The position numbers and the translations under genes are program-made. Positions 39,542 through 49,077 of a stretch of 64,000 bases of DNA are shown piece by piece (the first letter of the stretch is position 1; every line of letters starts with the position of its first letter). The stretch is from the IMG/VR virus record IMGVR_UViG_3300028844_006574, positions 27,376 through 91,375 of that record; one strand, given 5' to 3'. The notes beneath the pieces are model-generated. The model saw only the letters and a program-made list of their open reading frames with translations, was not told the origin of the DNA and ran no database searches. The stretch comes from a virus.

Positions 39542-41062
39542 ATGTCAAAAATAATTAAACCAACTCAAGCTTATATCGATGAAAGTCGTGCTAAGGTTTT
39601 GCTTGAAAAATGGGGTCCTGTATTGGATTACAATTCAGCAAACGTTGCACCTATCGAAGATGATCACACACGTCTCAACACAGCCATGCTTTTGGAAAAC
39701 CAAGAGTCTTGGTGTGTAAATGAAGCAAATGTGAGTGCTGGTGGCGGAGTATTCGGTGGAACCTCTCAAGGCAATGGTCAACAAGGCGGGGCGTTCCCCG
39801 GTGGAAGTGATCACTATGCTGGTGGAGATGCCCGTTTACCCAAAATCCTCATTCCGATGATTCGTCGTACATTCCCAGAGTTGTTGACTAACGAATTAGT
39901 AGGTGTTCAGCCCATGAGCGGTCCTGTTGGACTCGCTTTTGCTTTGCGCTACAAATACGGACAAGACTTCTTAGGTGAGACCAACGGTAATGGTAAGGAT
40001 GGTATTCTTACTCAAGCTGCTGGAGCAATCTCCCCTTATACAGATGCTCATAGTTCCGTTAACACTGCTGGTGCCCTTCCTGGTAACGCTGTAGATGGCG
40101 AGCTCGGTTATCAATATCTTGATACCCGTTTTACTGGTAAATCTCAAGCTGCATTTTCTGGAGCGGTCGCTGCGACCACTTCTGGTGCATTTGGATTAAC
40201 CGGAGCTGGTACAGTCGGCTTTAGCCAGATTGGTGCTGATAGTGGTGTTGCTGCTCTTCTAGGTGACTTCGAATTGGGATCCAAGATTCCAACGATCGAG
40301 GTTAGCTTTGAAAAGACAGCAGTAGAAGCTGGTACACGTAGACTTGCTGCCAACTGGAGTGTGGAACTGGAACAAGACTTGAAGAACATGAACGGTATCG
40401 ACGTTGATACTGAACTCACCAACGCGATGAGTTATGAGCTTCAAGCCGAGATCGATCGTGAAATGATCGTTCGTATGATCCAAACCGCAATTCAGGGTGG
40501 ATTAGGTACAGGATACAGTGCATGGTTTGCTGAATCAGCTGATGGTCGTTGGATGGCAGAACGTAATCGTGACCTTTACGCAAAACTCATTGTTGAAGCA
40601 AATCGTATCGCAATACGCAACCGTCGTGGTGCAGCAAACTTTATTGTTGCTAGCCCCGCTGTTTGCGCTATCCTCGAGATGCTTCCAGAGTTTACATGGA
40701 TGCCTGTCAATGGTTCCGTCAACACACAACCTGTTGGCGTTGCTAAAGTAGGTAACCTCGGCGGAAGGTTTAACGTTTATCGTGACACTCGCACCGAAGC
40801 ACAACGTGAGCAAGGCTTACGTGAGCAGGTCGAGTATGCCCTGTTGGGTTACAAAGGTCCTGAGTTTTACGACACAGGTATCATATACTGCCCATACATT
40901 CCCGTAATGGTACAACGTACCATCGGGCCCAATGATTTCAGTCCTCGTGTTGGATTGCTTACCCGTTATGGTGTCGTAGACAACATTTTCGGTGCTGAGC
41001 TCTACTACCACTTGGTGTTAGTTGGCGGTCTCAAGGGCGGTTTGTCCTCGAGTCATCTGTAG
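39542..41062 (+). CDS. gp23: Major capsid protein gp23
   Basis: LLEKWGPVLD, TAMLLENQ, LIPMIRRTFP, GVQPMSGPVGLAFALR, ELEQDLKNMNGID, YCPYIP, FSPRVGLLTRYG. Confidence 0.98.
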   Translation: MSKIIKPTQAYIDESRAKVLLEKWGPVLDYNSANVAPIEDDHTRLNTAMLLENQESWCVNEANVSAGGGVFGGTSQGNGQQGGAFPGGSDHYAGGDARLPKILIPMIRRTFPELLTNELVGVQPMSGPVGLAFALRYKYGQDFLGETNGNGKDGILTQAAGAISPYTDAHSSVNTAGALPGNAVDGELGYQYLDTRFTGKSQAAFSGAVAATTSGAFGLTGAGTVGFSQIGADSGVAALLGDFELGSKIPTIEVSFEKTAVEAGTRRLAANWSVELEQDLKNMNGIDVDTELTNAMSYELQAEIDREMIVRMIQTAIQGGLGTGYSAWFAESADGRWMAERNRDLYAKLIVEANRIAIRNRRGAANFIVASPAVCAILEMLPEFTWMPVNGSVNTQPVGVAKVGNLGGRFNVYRDTRTEAQREQGLREQVEYALLGYKGPEFYDTGIIYCPYIPVMVQRTIGPNDFSPRVGLLTRYGVVDNIFGAELYYHLVLVGGLKGGLSSSHL

Positions 41063-41121
41063 TAGTAAGCTAAAGGTAACAACCTAGAGCGTTGAAATGA
41101 TATACACGCTCTGAATAATTT

Positions 41122-41152
41122 AGCACCAGTCTTAACCGACTGGTGCTTTTTT
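41122..41152 (+). terminator. Rho-independent terminator after gp23
   Basis: Perfect 10-bp stem AGCACCAGTC-TTAACC-GACTGGTGCT followed by a T run; it overlaps the last codons of the convergent clpC gene. Confidence 0.85.
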
Positions 41153-43570
41153 ATGTTCAATTTTAACAGAGTCTTGATCAACCAGAGCTGAAATTTCGAC
41201 CGGTCGTCCATGTTCCAACAAGAATTTAGCTAGTGGTGTTTGCACTTTAGATTGAATAATTCTTCTCAATGGCCGGGCTCCATATTTTTTATCAAACCCT
41301 TGCTCCAGTAAAAGGTTCTTGACTTGAGTGGATATGCTCAATTTAACTTGCTGTAGTTCCATCCGGTCGGTAAACTTTTTCAATTCGTTATTCAATATAC
41401 GTTTACACGTCTCCTGATTGAGACTGTTGAACATGACTATCTCATCCAATCTATTGATAAACTCAGGTCTCAAGTGGCTCTGTAGCTGCTTTTTAATGTT
41501 GTCCAGGTTTTGTTCATCAGTACTACCGAACCCTACAACATGATTATGCTGCATGCGATCGGCTCCGATATTGGTGGTTAACAATATCACACAATTTCTA
41601 AAATTGATACTCACTCCCCGGCTATCTGTCAATTGACCTTCATCTAAAAGTTGTAATAGTAACTGCATCACATCCGGATGTGCCTTTTCAATCTCATCAA
41701 ACAGTACAACACTGTATGGTTCTTGTCTGACACTTTCAGTCAATTGCCCACCTTCACCGTAACCTACATAACCAGGAGGACTGCCAATCAACTTGCTCAC
41801 GGAATGTGCTTCCATTAACTCACTCATATCCACCCGGATCATGTTAGTTTCATCACCATAAACAAATTTAGCAAGTTGTTTAGCTAGATAAGTTTTACCA
41901 ACACCTGTTGGACCCATCAACAAAAATGACCCCACCGGTCTCTCCGGGTCTGATACATCCATTCTGCTCCGAATGATACTGTCTGAAATCACTTCAACTG
42001 CTTGGTCTTGACCTAGAATATATTTTTTAAGATTACGTTCTAGACCTACCAATTTTTTAGACTCACTCCTCTTCAAATGCTCCAACGGAACACCACACCA
42101 GCTGCTGACTGTTGATCGAATATGCTGCTCTGTTATTTCCAAAGTCTTTTGTTTATTCAAACTTGACTTGACCGCCTTGGTTCGTTGAGACTTGAACTTT
42201 TTCTCAGCACCTCGAAATGTAGCTGCCGCTATAAAATCATCATTTGTCAAATGTTCCAGCGCCAGATCTGCACAGTCTTGTATTTTACCTTCTAGTTTGA
42301 CAACTCTAGAAGGTACTGTACCGTGCTTGAGCCTCAATCGGGCCGCGCATTCATCTAATACATCAATCGCTTTGTCTGGAAAGAATCTGTCTGTTATGTA
42401 CCTACCACTTAAATCAACCGCTAGTTGTACAGCTTCTTCTGTATATATGACGTTATGAAACTCCTCGTATTTGTGTTTCAAACCAGTTAATATATCGAAA
42501 GTCATTTCATAATCCGGTTCATCCACTACAATTTTTTGAAACCTACGCTCCAATGCTCCGTCAGATTCTATAAATTCACGATACTCATCAAATGTTGTAG
42601 TACCAATACAGCACAAACCACCTCTGCTCAATGCTGGTTTCAATATGTTGGCCGCGTCCATTGCTCCATCTGCATTACCAGCACCAACCAACATATGAAT
42701 CTCATCAATAAACACAACCGTATCTTTCAATTGCATCAAATCATCCATCACCTGTTTCATACGTTCTTCGAACTGACCACGATATTTGGTCCCCGCGACC
42801 ATCAGAGACAAATCCAAATTATAAATTTGCTTGTTTTTGAGTTGTAATGGAGCTGTACCCGCTGCAATCATGTTGCACAAACCTTCAACAACGGCTGTTT
42901 TACCCACACCCGGTTCCCCTACAAGTACTGGATTATTCTTTTGTCTTCTGCACAACACTTGCATCACTCGTTCAATCTCCTGCTCTCTCCCAACAACAGG
43001 ATCCAATAATCCTTCGTTGGATTGCAATGTCATGTTTACCGCAAATTGTTCTAGGGCTTCCCCTGGTTTCATCATCTGTTCGTTCCCACCTGTAGAAGCT
43101 CCTTGTTCTTGTTCTGATATGTCTTGTTGAGGGTTCAAATATTCTCTAAATGCTTGAGCTAACCCCGGTAGATCCACTCCGTTATCGTACATGAACGAAA
43201 ACGCTTGACACTCCGTATGACACACAATACCCAACATCAAGTGCTCGGTACCAATGAACGAGTGATTCATCTTGGCACTAACGTTTTTAGCCAGTCTGAG
43301 CACACGTTCTACCTCATCGCTCATGGGTATTTTAATATCTGTATCCTTAGCCCTAATCACTTGATTATCAAGATGGTAATGTAAGCGATCAGTTAATGTT
43401 TTTATATTGACACCCTGCATGACCAGTAGTTCATGTGCCAAGCTATCTTCTGTACATATTGTGGCCATCAACACGTGTAAAGTGGTGATTTGACCGTGAT
43501 CGTACTTACCAGCATACAGCTGCGTTTTCGCTAGCAAATCATTCGCTCGTGGTGAAAAGTTGTACATCAT
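41132..43570 (-). CDS. clpC: ClpC-type Hsp100 AAA+ unfoldase
   Basis: Double Clp-N repeats (IGTEHLMLG), GEPGVGKT and GPTGVGKT Walker A motifs, a short UVR-like middle domain (DDFIAAATFR), a VGF ClpP-docking loop and YGARPLRR. Confidence 0.92.
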   Translation of the reverse strand: MMYNFSPRANDLLAKTQLYAGKYDHGQITTLHVLMATICTEDSLAHELLVMQGVNIKTLTDRLHYHLDNQVIRAKDTDIKIPMSDEVERVLRLAKNVSAKMNHSFIGTEHLMLGIVCHTECQAFSFMYDNGVDLPGLAQAFREYLNPQQDISEQEQGASTGGNEQMMKPGEALEQFAVNMTLQSNEGLLDPVVGREQEIERVMQVLCRRQKNNPVLVGEPGVGKTAVVEGLCNMIAAGTAPLQLKNKQIYNLDLSLMVAGTKYRGQFEERMKQVMDDLMQLKDTVVFIDEIHMLVGAGNADGAMDAANILKPALSRGGLCCIGTTTFDEYREFIESDGALERRFQKIVVDEPDYEMTFDILTGLKHKYEEFHNVIYTEEAVQLAVDLSGRYITDRFFPDKAIDVLDECAARLRLKHGTVPSRVVKLEGKIQDCADLALEHLTNDDFIAAATFRGAEKKFKSQRTKAVKSSLNKQKTLEITEQHIRSTVSSWCGVPLEHLKRSESKKLVGLERNLKKYILGQDQAVEVISDSIIRSRMDVSDPERPVGSFLLMGPTGVGKTYLAKQLAKFVYGDETNMIRVDMSELMEAHSVSKLIGSPPGYVGYGEGGQLTESVRQEPYSVVLFDEIEKAHPDVMQLLLQLLDEGQLTDSRGVSINFRNCVILLTTNIGADRMQHNHVVGFGSTDEQNLDNIKKQLQSHLRPEFINRLDEIVMFNSLNQETCKRILNNELKKFTDRMELQQVKLSISTQVKNLLLEQGFDKKYGARPLRRIIQSKVQTPLAKFLLEHGRPVEISALVDQDSVKIEHKKAPVG

Positions 43571-43607
43571 ATCTACAATTATGTATGAAAGTATTTATTT
43601 TTCAAGC

Positions 43608-43636
43608 TTGATATGGCACTATTTATTATCTATAAT
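43608..43636 (+). promoter_or_regulatory. Sigma70-type promoter of the deazaguanine cluster
   Basis: TTGATA (43608-13), 17 nt, TATAAT (43631-36); the likely ATG is at 43645. Confidence 0.75.
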
Positions 43637-43644
43637 ATATGAAT

Positions 43645-44445
43645 ATGAAGATTGAAGTTTCCCATGAGAGTCCGTTGAGCTTATTAGAGCAGTCATTACA
43701 GTACAATGATTATTGTTATGCACTGGTACATTTGTTTGAACAATACCCAGAATATTTTAACTTTTTCAAGACAGCCAAGGATATACACGACAAATGTGTG
43801 TACCTGGACAACAGCATATTTGAACTAGGGAAAAGTTTTGACGGTGCAGAATACACCAAATGGATAGAGAAGCTGGAACCTAGTGTGTACATTGTACCAG
43901 ACACTCTTGAGGAGAGCAAAGACACGATCAAACAATTTTACACCTTCACTGGAGAGTACCAGGATCTTCCTGGTATCAAGATGGGTGTGGTACAAGGTAA
44001 GACGTATGACGATCTAGTCAGATGTTACAGTTTCATGGCTGAGTATGCAGATGTGGTAGCCATAAGTTTTGATTATTCATATTACCTATCTACTGGTATT
44101 GGTAATACCAAACTGGAACGCTACATGAACGGTCGTCGTAAATTCATCCAAGATCTGATAAATGAGAACAGATGGAACTGGAGCAAACCCGTACACTTGT
44201 TAGGGTGTAGCCTGGCACGAGAATTCAGTTACTACGTGGACAACAACATACACAACATAAGAAGCTGTGACACATCTAACCCGGTTGTAGCTGCCATGTT
44301 CAATTTGAAGTACAATGATGATTTCGGACTTAACGAGAAACCTAGTCAGAAACTAGCTGATATGTTAGAAGCTAATCTAGATGACAATCAGCAAGAGATA
44401 CTTGAATACAATTTGAAAATGTTCAAGAAGATACTGCGAAGATAA
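43645..44445 (+). CDS. dpdA: TGT-fold guanine transglycosylase-like protein (DpdA-family, probably DpdA3-like)
   Basis: YLDNSIFELG, IVPD, MGVVQG, VHLLG and RSCDTSNP give a TGT-like barrel motif order; clustered with queF and a formyltransferase. Confidence 0.65.
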   Translation: MKIEVSHESPLSLLEQSLQYNDYCYALVHLFEQYPEYFNFFKTAKDIHDKCVYLDNSIFELGKSFDGAEYTKWIEKLEPSVYIVPDTLEESKDTIKQFYTFTGEYQDLPGIKMGVVQGKTYDDLVRCYSFMAEYADVVAISFDYSYYLSTGIGNTKLERYMNGRRKFIQDLINENRWNWSKPVHLLGCSLAREFSYYVDNNIHNIRSCDTSNPVVAAMFNLKYNDDFGLNEKPSQKLADMLEANLDDNQQEILEYNLKMFKKILRR

Positions 44446-44453
44446 ATAATTAA

Positions 44454-44990
44454 ATGATAGATGGTAGAGAATGGATCGCGTTGTTCAGTCACACTGGTTC
44501 AGAGATAGCAAACATTACTAATAAGCTCGGGTTCGGTCCCGACCGGGTGATAACAAACAAAATGGGTGTGGTGCACCGAGACTTGAATCATTGCACAAGA
44601 ACACGATCCAAACCAGACGTGCAAGACTATCAACTATTATTTGCTGATAAAGAACCGATCATAACCTTGCACGGCTGGATGAGAATCATTCCTGGTTCTA
44701 TATGTAAAGAGTATGATATATACAACCTGCACCCTGGTCTTATAACACAATACCCTGAGCTCAAAGGCAAAGATCCTCAAGAACGTGTATTCACCGCGTT
44801 GAACATACCACAATATGTCGGGTGTGTGATACATAGAGCGACTGATGAATTAGATTCCGGAGAGGTTATCATGTCACGTAGAGTGTTGAACACCTACCCT
44901 AACGTTCAAATATTATCTCATGCTTTACACGACATGGCTGGTGACATGTGGGTTGACTTTTTCGAGAGAAAATTATACAATAACGAATGA
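44454..44990 (+). CDS. dpdN: PurN-like formyltransferase, likely DpdN (preQ1 formyltransferase)
   Basis: LFSHTGSE, LHGWMRI, YNLHPGL..YPELKG, GCVIH...ELDSGEVI; lies directly after the DpdA-like gene. Confidence 0.7.
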   Translation: MIDGREWIALFSHTGSEIANITNKLGFGPDRVITNKMGVVHRDLNHCTRTRSKPDVQDYQLLFADKEPIITLHGWMRIIPGSICKEYDIYNLHPGLITQYPELKGKDPQERVFTALNIPQYVGCVIHRATDELDSGEVIMSRRVLNTYPNVQILSHALHDMAGDMWVDFFERKLYNNE

Positions 44991-45256
44991 ACAATTGGGG
45001 ATTGAGACCAGTGAAAACACCTGACGGGTTGTACATCCGAGAGGTATATTACAACAACGACGGGACTATATGTGATATAGAGATGCAGATAAAGCATGAA
45101 TATGACCCGGATCCACAGACAGTGATAAACCGACTCAAACCGTATTACCGGTACATTGAACAGATGAAACAATACGACCCGGATATTGTTAGATATGACC
45201 CTGACACAGACACCTTAAAAGATTGGATACCTGATGCTTCCATGGAAAAATCTTAA
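44987..45256 (+). CDS. Hypothetical protein
   Basis: ATGA overlap with the previous gene; W..R......IREVYYNNDG motif is common in small phage proteins. Confidence 0.6.
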   Translation: MNNWGLRPVKTPDGLYIREVYYNNDGTICDIEMQIKHEYDPDPQTVINRLKPYYRYIEQMKQYDPDIVRYDPDTDTLKDWIPDASMEKS

Positions 45257-45437
45257 TTTCAAAGGCCGTATACTCGCTGTATGTGTTTTTATTAACATGT
45301 ATGTCTCTATTGTATATGTAACAACTGGTAGTTATGTAGCTATATTACCGGCATGCATGGCAATGTTATGCGGTATATCTACATACAACCCTAAATACCA
45401 GCAGCTTGACGCAACAGATTTGGAGAATAACAGGTGA
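45234..45437 (+). CDS. Small membrane protein
   Basis: Two hydrophobic segments; overlaps both neighbours. Confidence 0.55.
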   Translation: MLPWKNLNFKGRILAVCVFINMYVSIVYVTTGSYVAILPACMAMLCGISTYNPKYQQLDATDLENNR

Positions 45438-46300
45438 ATATCAATTTAGAATTTGACATAGTAATTTGTGTAGGTCCGAAGGATTCGGAGAATATCCACG
45501 CGCAAATAGAATATACTAAAAATAACATTGTAGGTTACAGAAACATTTATTTGGTCACTCCGATTGAAAATTTGAGAATTGATAATTGTACTACAGTAAA
45601 TGAAAATAGTTTCCCATTCGGATTGGCTGACTGTCAAAATAGATACATACTGTCAGAAAAAGACAAAGAAAGAGGAGAAGAAAGCCGCGCTGGTTGGTAC
45701 TTACAACAATTACTAAAACTATACGCCGGTATTTGCATTCCAAATATTCTCGATAGATGGTTAGTAATTGATGCAGACACATATTTTTTAAAACCAACTA
45801 CCTTTATAGAAAATGCCAAGTGCTTGTATAACACAGGTTACCGATCCACATCCGCGATATGTGGTTTCCAATACCATAGACCATACTTCGCGCATATGGG
45901 AAAGCTTGGAATAGGGTTGAAACGGTATGATAAAAATATATCTGGAATATGCCATCATATGATGTTTGAAACAAAATATGTCAAAGAGATATTGACCCGT
46001 GTAGAGAATATTTTTAATGAAAATTTCTATACTGTTTTTCTAAATAATATAGACAGTAAGCAATTATCCGGTGCATCTGAATATGAAATTTATTTTAACT
46101 ATATGTTGATAAACCATCCAGATAAAATAAAAATTAGAAACCTACAATGGAGTAACATAGGTATAAGAGACTGGGATTACCTCTCACTCGACAAGCCCAC
46201 TACCATACCACCTGAATGGGCTGATCTTACACTCAAGAGTGAAATAAACTACGATTATGTTTCTTGGCATCGCTGGGGACGCCGTAAAAAACTCGACTGA
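45434..46300 (+). CDS. GT-A-like protein (DUF6492-like), putative glycosyltransferase
   Basis: GWYLQQLLKL, WLVIDADTYFLKP (DxD), HHMMF, SEYEIYFNY. Confidence 0.65.
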   Translation: MNINLEFDIVICVGPKDSENIHAQIEYTKNNIVGYRNIYLVTPIENLRIDNCTTVNENSFPFGLADCQNRYILSEKDKERGEESRAGWYLQQLLKLYAGICIPNILDRWLVIDADTYFLKPTTFIENAKCLYNTGYRSTSAICGFQYHRPYFAHMGKLGIGLKRYDKNISGICHHMMFETKYVKEILTRVENIFNENFYTVFLNNIDSKQLSGASEYEIYFNYMLINHPDKIKIRNLQWSNIGIRDWDYLSLDKPTTIPPEWADLTLKSEINYDYVSWHRWGRRKKLD

Positions 46301-46307
46301 AGTTAAT

Positions 46308-46661
46308 ATGAGTAACAATAGAAAATTTGAGACCGGCGCGCAGCGTGACACCGGTGATGGTAAACTAAGAATGTCTCTTGTACCGCAGCAAGAGCTTAAA
46401 CGTGTCATGAAGCGATATCTAGACGGGGCCGAAAAATATGGTGAGAACAACTGGATGAAAGGCATGCCCCTTAGCGTGTATTTTGACAGCGCTCATCGAC
46501 ATCTGGAGGCATGGTGGTGTGGTGAGGATTCCGAAGACCATGCTGCAGCGGTTGTGTGGAACATGTTATGTGCCATGTACACCGAGACAAGAGCTCATGA
46601 GTTAGACGCTTTTCCTAAGGAAAAACAACTAGATGATAGAATAAAATACCCGAAAGATTAG
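46308..46661 (+). CDS. dATP/dGTP diphosphohydrolase-domain protein (DUF5664-like)
   Basis: FETGAQRD..DGKLRMSLVP, GAEKYGENNWMKGMP, DSAHRHL..W..GE..EDHAAAVVWN; start moved to the ATG at 46308. Confidence 0.85.
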   Translation: MSNNRKFETGAQRDTGDGKLRMSLVPQQELKRVMKRYLDGAEKYGENNWMKGMPLSVYFDSAHRHLEAWWCGEDSEDHAAAVVWNMLCAMYTETRAHELDAFPKEKQLDDRIKYPKD

Positions 46662-46698
46662 TGGATAATATTTTAAGAATAATATATAATATGTTGAT

Positions 46699-47256
46699 AT
46701 GTTAATAAGTTTCACAGGAGCTCAAAGTACAGGTAAAAGTACATTGTTGCGGCGCATGCTTCAACATGAAAAATTGAGAAAATGTACGTTTATCAAAGAA
46801 GTTACACGCAAAGTCGCCTCACAAGGTATCAAGATCAATGATGAAGGTGACAACATGACTCAACTGTTCATATTGAGCGAGCATTTACATAATCACCATT
46901 TGCCCGGTTGTGTAGTTTTGGATCGTTGTATTATAGATGGTTATATATACACCAAGTGGTTGCATGAACAGGATAAGGTGGAAGGATGGGTGCTGAAATA
47001 TGCTTGGGATTTACACAACGTGTTAGTTGACAAACTAGACGTTATATTCTACACGGAACCAGACGATATCAAATTGGAAGACGATGGCGAGCGTAGCACG
47101 TGTGAGAGTTTTAGAAACGATATATTGAGAATGTATGAAGACTATTTGACCTGGAACCCGAAAGTGAGAAAAAAACTGGTGAGGTTATCCGGTACTGTTG
47201 AAGAACGGTTTAAAACAATACAAACGACTTTTGAAAATTATGACAAAATTAGATAA
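46699..47256 (+). CDS. P-loop nucleotide kinase (AAA_28 / dNMP-kinase-like)
   Basis: ISFTGAQSTGKSTLL, VLDRCIID, LEDDGER, LSGTVEER; preceded by TGGATA-17-TATAAT (46662-46690). Confidence 0.75.
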   Translation: MLISFTGAQSTGKSTLLRRMLQHEKLRKCTFIKEVTRKVASQGIKINDEGDNMTQLFILSEHLHNHHLPGCVVLDRCIIDGYIYTKWLHEQDKVEGWVLKYAWDLHNVLVDKLDVIFYTEPDDIKLEDDGERSTCESFRNDILRMYEDYLTWNPKVRKKLVRLSGTVEERFKTIQTTFENYDKIR

Positions 47257-48166
47257 TTCCCGTATCAGCAAGGTGTTAGGCCAGGTTGTTGATTATCCTG
47301 ATCAATACGACCCGTCAATCCTGGTCAAAGAACCCCGGAGCAACAACAGACAACATTTGGATTTACATGACGACAATTTACCGTTCGTAGGCTTTGACAC
47401 TTGGAACGCATATGAAGTGAGTACATTGACAAGCAAAGGCATGCCCGTTACAGGTGTGTTGAAAATCGTGTATCCCTGTGATAGTAAATTTATTGTGGAG
47501 AGCAAGAGTATCAAGTTGTACCTCAACTCATTCAACATGTTTAAAAACGGAGACACCCGGGAACAAGCTGTTTCGGACATGGTGTTAACCGTGACCAAGG
47601 ATTTGAGTGAACTGTTAGAGACCGATGTCAAAGCAAAGTTTTTGAATGATCATAACCGGGAAGACCCAAAACCGGTGTTTGGTGAGATGTATCACTGGAC
47701 GAGCCTCGAACATGATCTAGTTGACAAGGAGACTGTAGACAACATGCAATTGAATGTATATGAAGAGACTCCCGAGCTGCTCAAAATTGAAGGTATTGGA
47801 AACAACAAGCACCCTCATGTACAGGTGTTCAAATGCGGTTTACTCAAGAGCAACTGCCGGGTGACCAATCAACCGGACTGGGGTGATGTGTTTGTATATA
47901 TCATGGGTAAAAACCATGTTAACCCGGCGAGTATGTTAGAGTATATTATTTCATTCAGAAATGAGAATCACTTTCATGAAGAAATTTGTGAGACGGTATA
48001 CAAAAGATTGTATGAGTTGTTGAACCCGGATGAAATATGTGTGACGTGCTTGTATGCCCGAAGAGGTGGTATTGACATCAACCCCACAAGAGCTAATTTA
48101 CCGCATCTGTTACCGGAAAACTTGATAGACCCTGGTGTAGAACACTGTAAAACTCAAAAACAGTAG
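47240..48166 (+). CDS. queF: NADPH-dependent preQ0 reductase QueF (bimodular type)
   Basis: DTWNAYEVS, VESKSIKLYLNSFN, LLKSNCRVTNQPDWG (catalytic Cys), FHEEICE, YARRGGIDINP; start moved to the ATG at 47240. Confidence 0.95.
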   Translation: MTKLDNSRISKVLGQVVDYPDQYDPSILVKEPRSNNRQHLDLHDDNLPFVGFDTWNAYEVSTLTSKGMPVTGVLKIVYPCDSKFIVESKSIKLYLNSFNMFKNGDTREQAVSDMVLTVTKDLSELLETDVKAKFLNDHNREDPKPVFGEMYHWTSLEHDLVDKETVDNMQLNVYEETPELLKIEGIGNNKHPHVQVFKCGLLKSNCRVTNQPDWGDVFVYIMGKNHVNPASMLEYIISFRNENHFHEEICETVYKRLYELLNPDEICVTCLYARRGGIDINPTRANLPHLLPENLIDPGVEHCKTQKQ

Positions 48167-48198
48167 AGGATTTCCGTTACTCGACTATAAATAATAGT

Positions 48199-48822
48199 AT
48201 GAGTAACGAGTCCAACATTTTACGAGCTGGTCCAGCCAACCCTACACATTATAACAAACAGCGTCAACGCCATCGTTTGATGGAGCAAGAGGTTGACATG
48301 AACGACACCGCGTTCCGACAAGAACAAATGCTCAAAAAAGAGAAGATTGGTGACGCCACTGCTATGGTAATAATGAAAGCTGAGGAACAAGCAGACGCTG
48401 GACAACCTATGACCAAAAAAGAGTTAGCTAATGCTTGTATAGCTGCTCTATCACAAGCCAATTTTGAGATGGCTGATGACCAAGGTAAAATGGTACCTCG
48501 AGGTGGTGATGGAAGCGCATTCAGCCTCCCAGAGTATGGTTATTACATGGATTTAATAGAGATGGCCACCGAAGGTGTACCCATAGCATCCACCGGTGGT
48601 CGTGTCACAACAAATGGTGTTAAACCCATGACCGCAGAAAGATTCCGCAACATTTTCGAACAAGCTCTCCGGAAATTGAGAGGTACAATTGCTGACAACC
48701 CAGAGCTTAGTGAAGTGCTTCCTCAGTATCTGAAAGAAAATAAAACCAAACAAACACTCGGGTTCAATAAATTCAACACACTAGAAGTACTAAACGAATA
48801 TATCAGTAGCCATAACGGTTGA
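48199..48822 (+). CDS. Late protein with a sigma70 region-4.2-like helix
   Basis: MTAERFRNIFEQALRKLR versus RpoD VTRERIRQIEAKALRKLR; exact TATAAATA 5 nt before the ATG. Confidence 0.55.
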   Translation: MSNESNILRAGPANPTHYNKQRQRHRLMEQEVDMNDTAFRQEQMLKKEKIGDATAMVIMKAEEQADAGQPMTKKELANACIAALSQANFEMADDQGKMVPRGGDGSAFSLPEYGYYMDLIEMATEGVPIASTGGRVTTNGVKPMTAERFRNIFEQALRKLRGTIADNPELSEVLPQYLKENKTKQTLGFNKFNTLEVLNEYISSHNG

Positions 48823-48852
48823 TTGACATTATAATTGGTCATATATAATATT

Positions 48853-49077
48853 ATGACCGATTACATAAATGGTACCAAGTTCGTTGTTACAGTAAAGAAC
48901 AAATGGACTAACAGTGAGCGTAGAGTTATAGTGAGCAAATACAATGATGTTCAACTAGCTCATAAGTATGCATACTACCAGCATACTTCGAACCTTGAAG
49001 ATATTGTTAGTATCGTGAACCCTAGAAAACAAACAGTATTCACACTCCGCGGAGGTTTTCGAAGACCCGGTAAATGA
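48853..49077 (+). CDS. Hypothetical protein
   Basis: ATG at 48853, downstream of TTGACA (48823-28) and TATAAT (48844-49). Confidence 0.55.
   Translation: MTDYINGTKFVVTVKNKWTNSERRVIVSKYNDVQLAHKYAYYQHTSNLEDIVSIVNPRKQTVFTLRGGFRRPGK

Noticed and set aside
41086-41112. tRNA or structured ncRNA after gp23
   Set aside because: Only a 7-bp hairpin (AGAGCGT...ACGCTCT) before the terminator; no cloverleaf or T-loop motif, and too little space.
44454-44990. purN as a purine-synthesis auxiliary gene, and queF as a tRNA queuosine gene
   Set aside because: No other pur genes are present; adjacency to a DpdA-like gene and a dGTP hydrolase favours DNA modification, though this is not proven.
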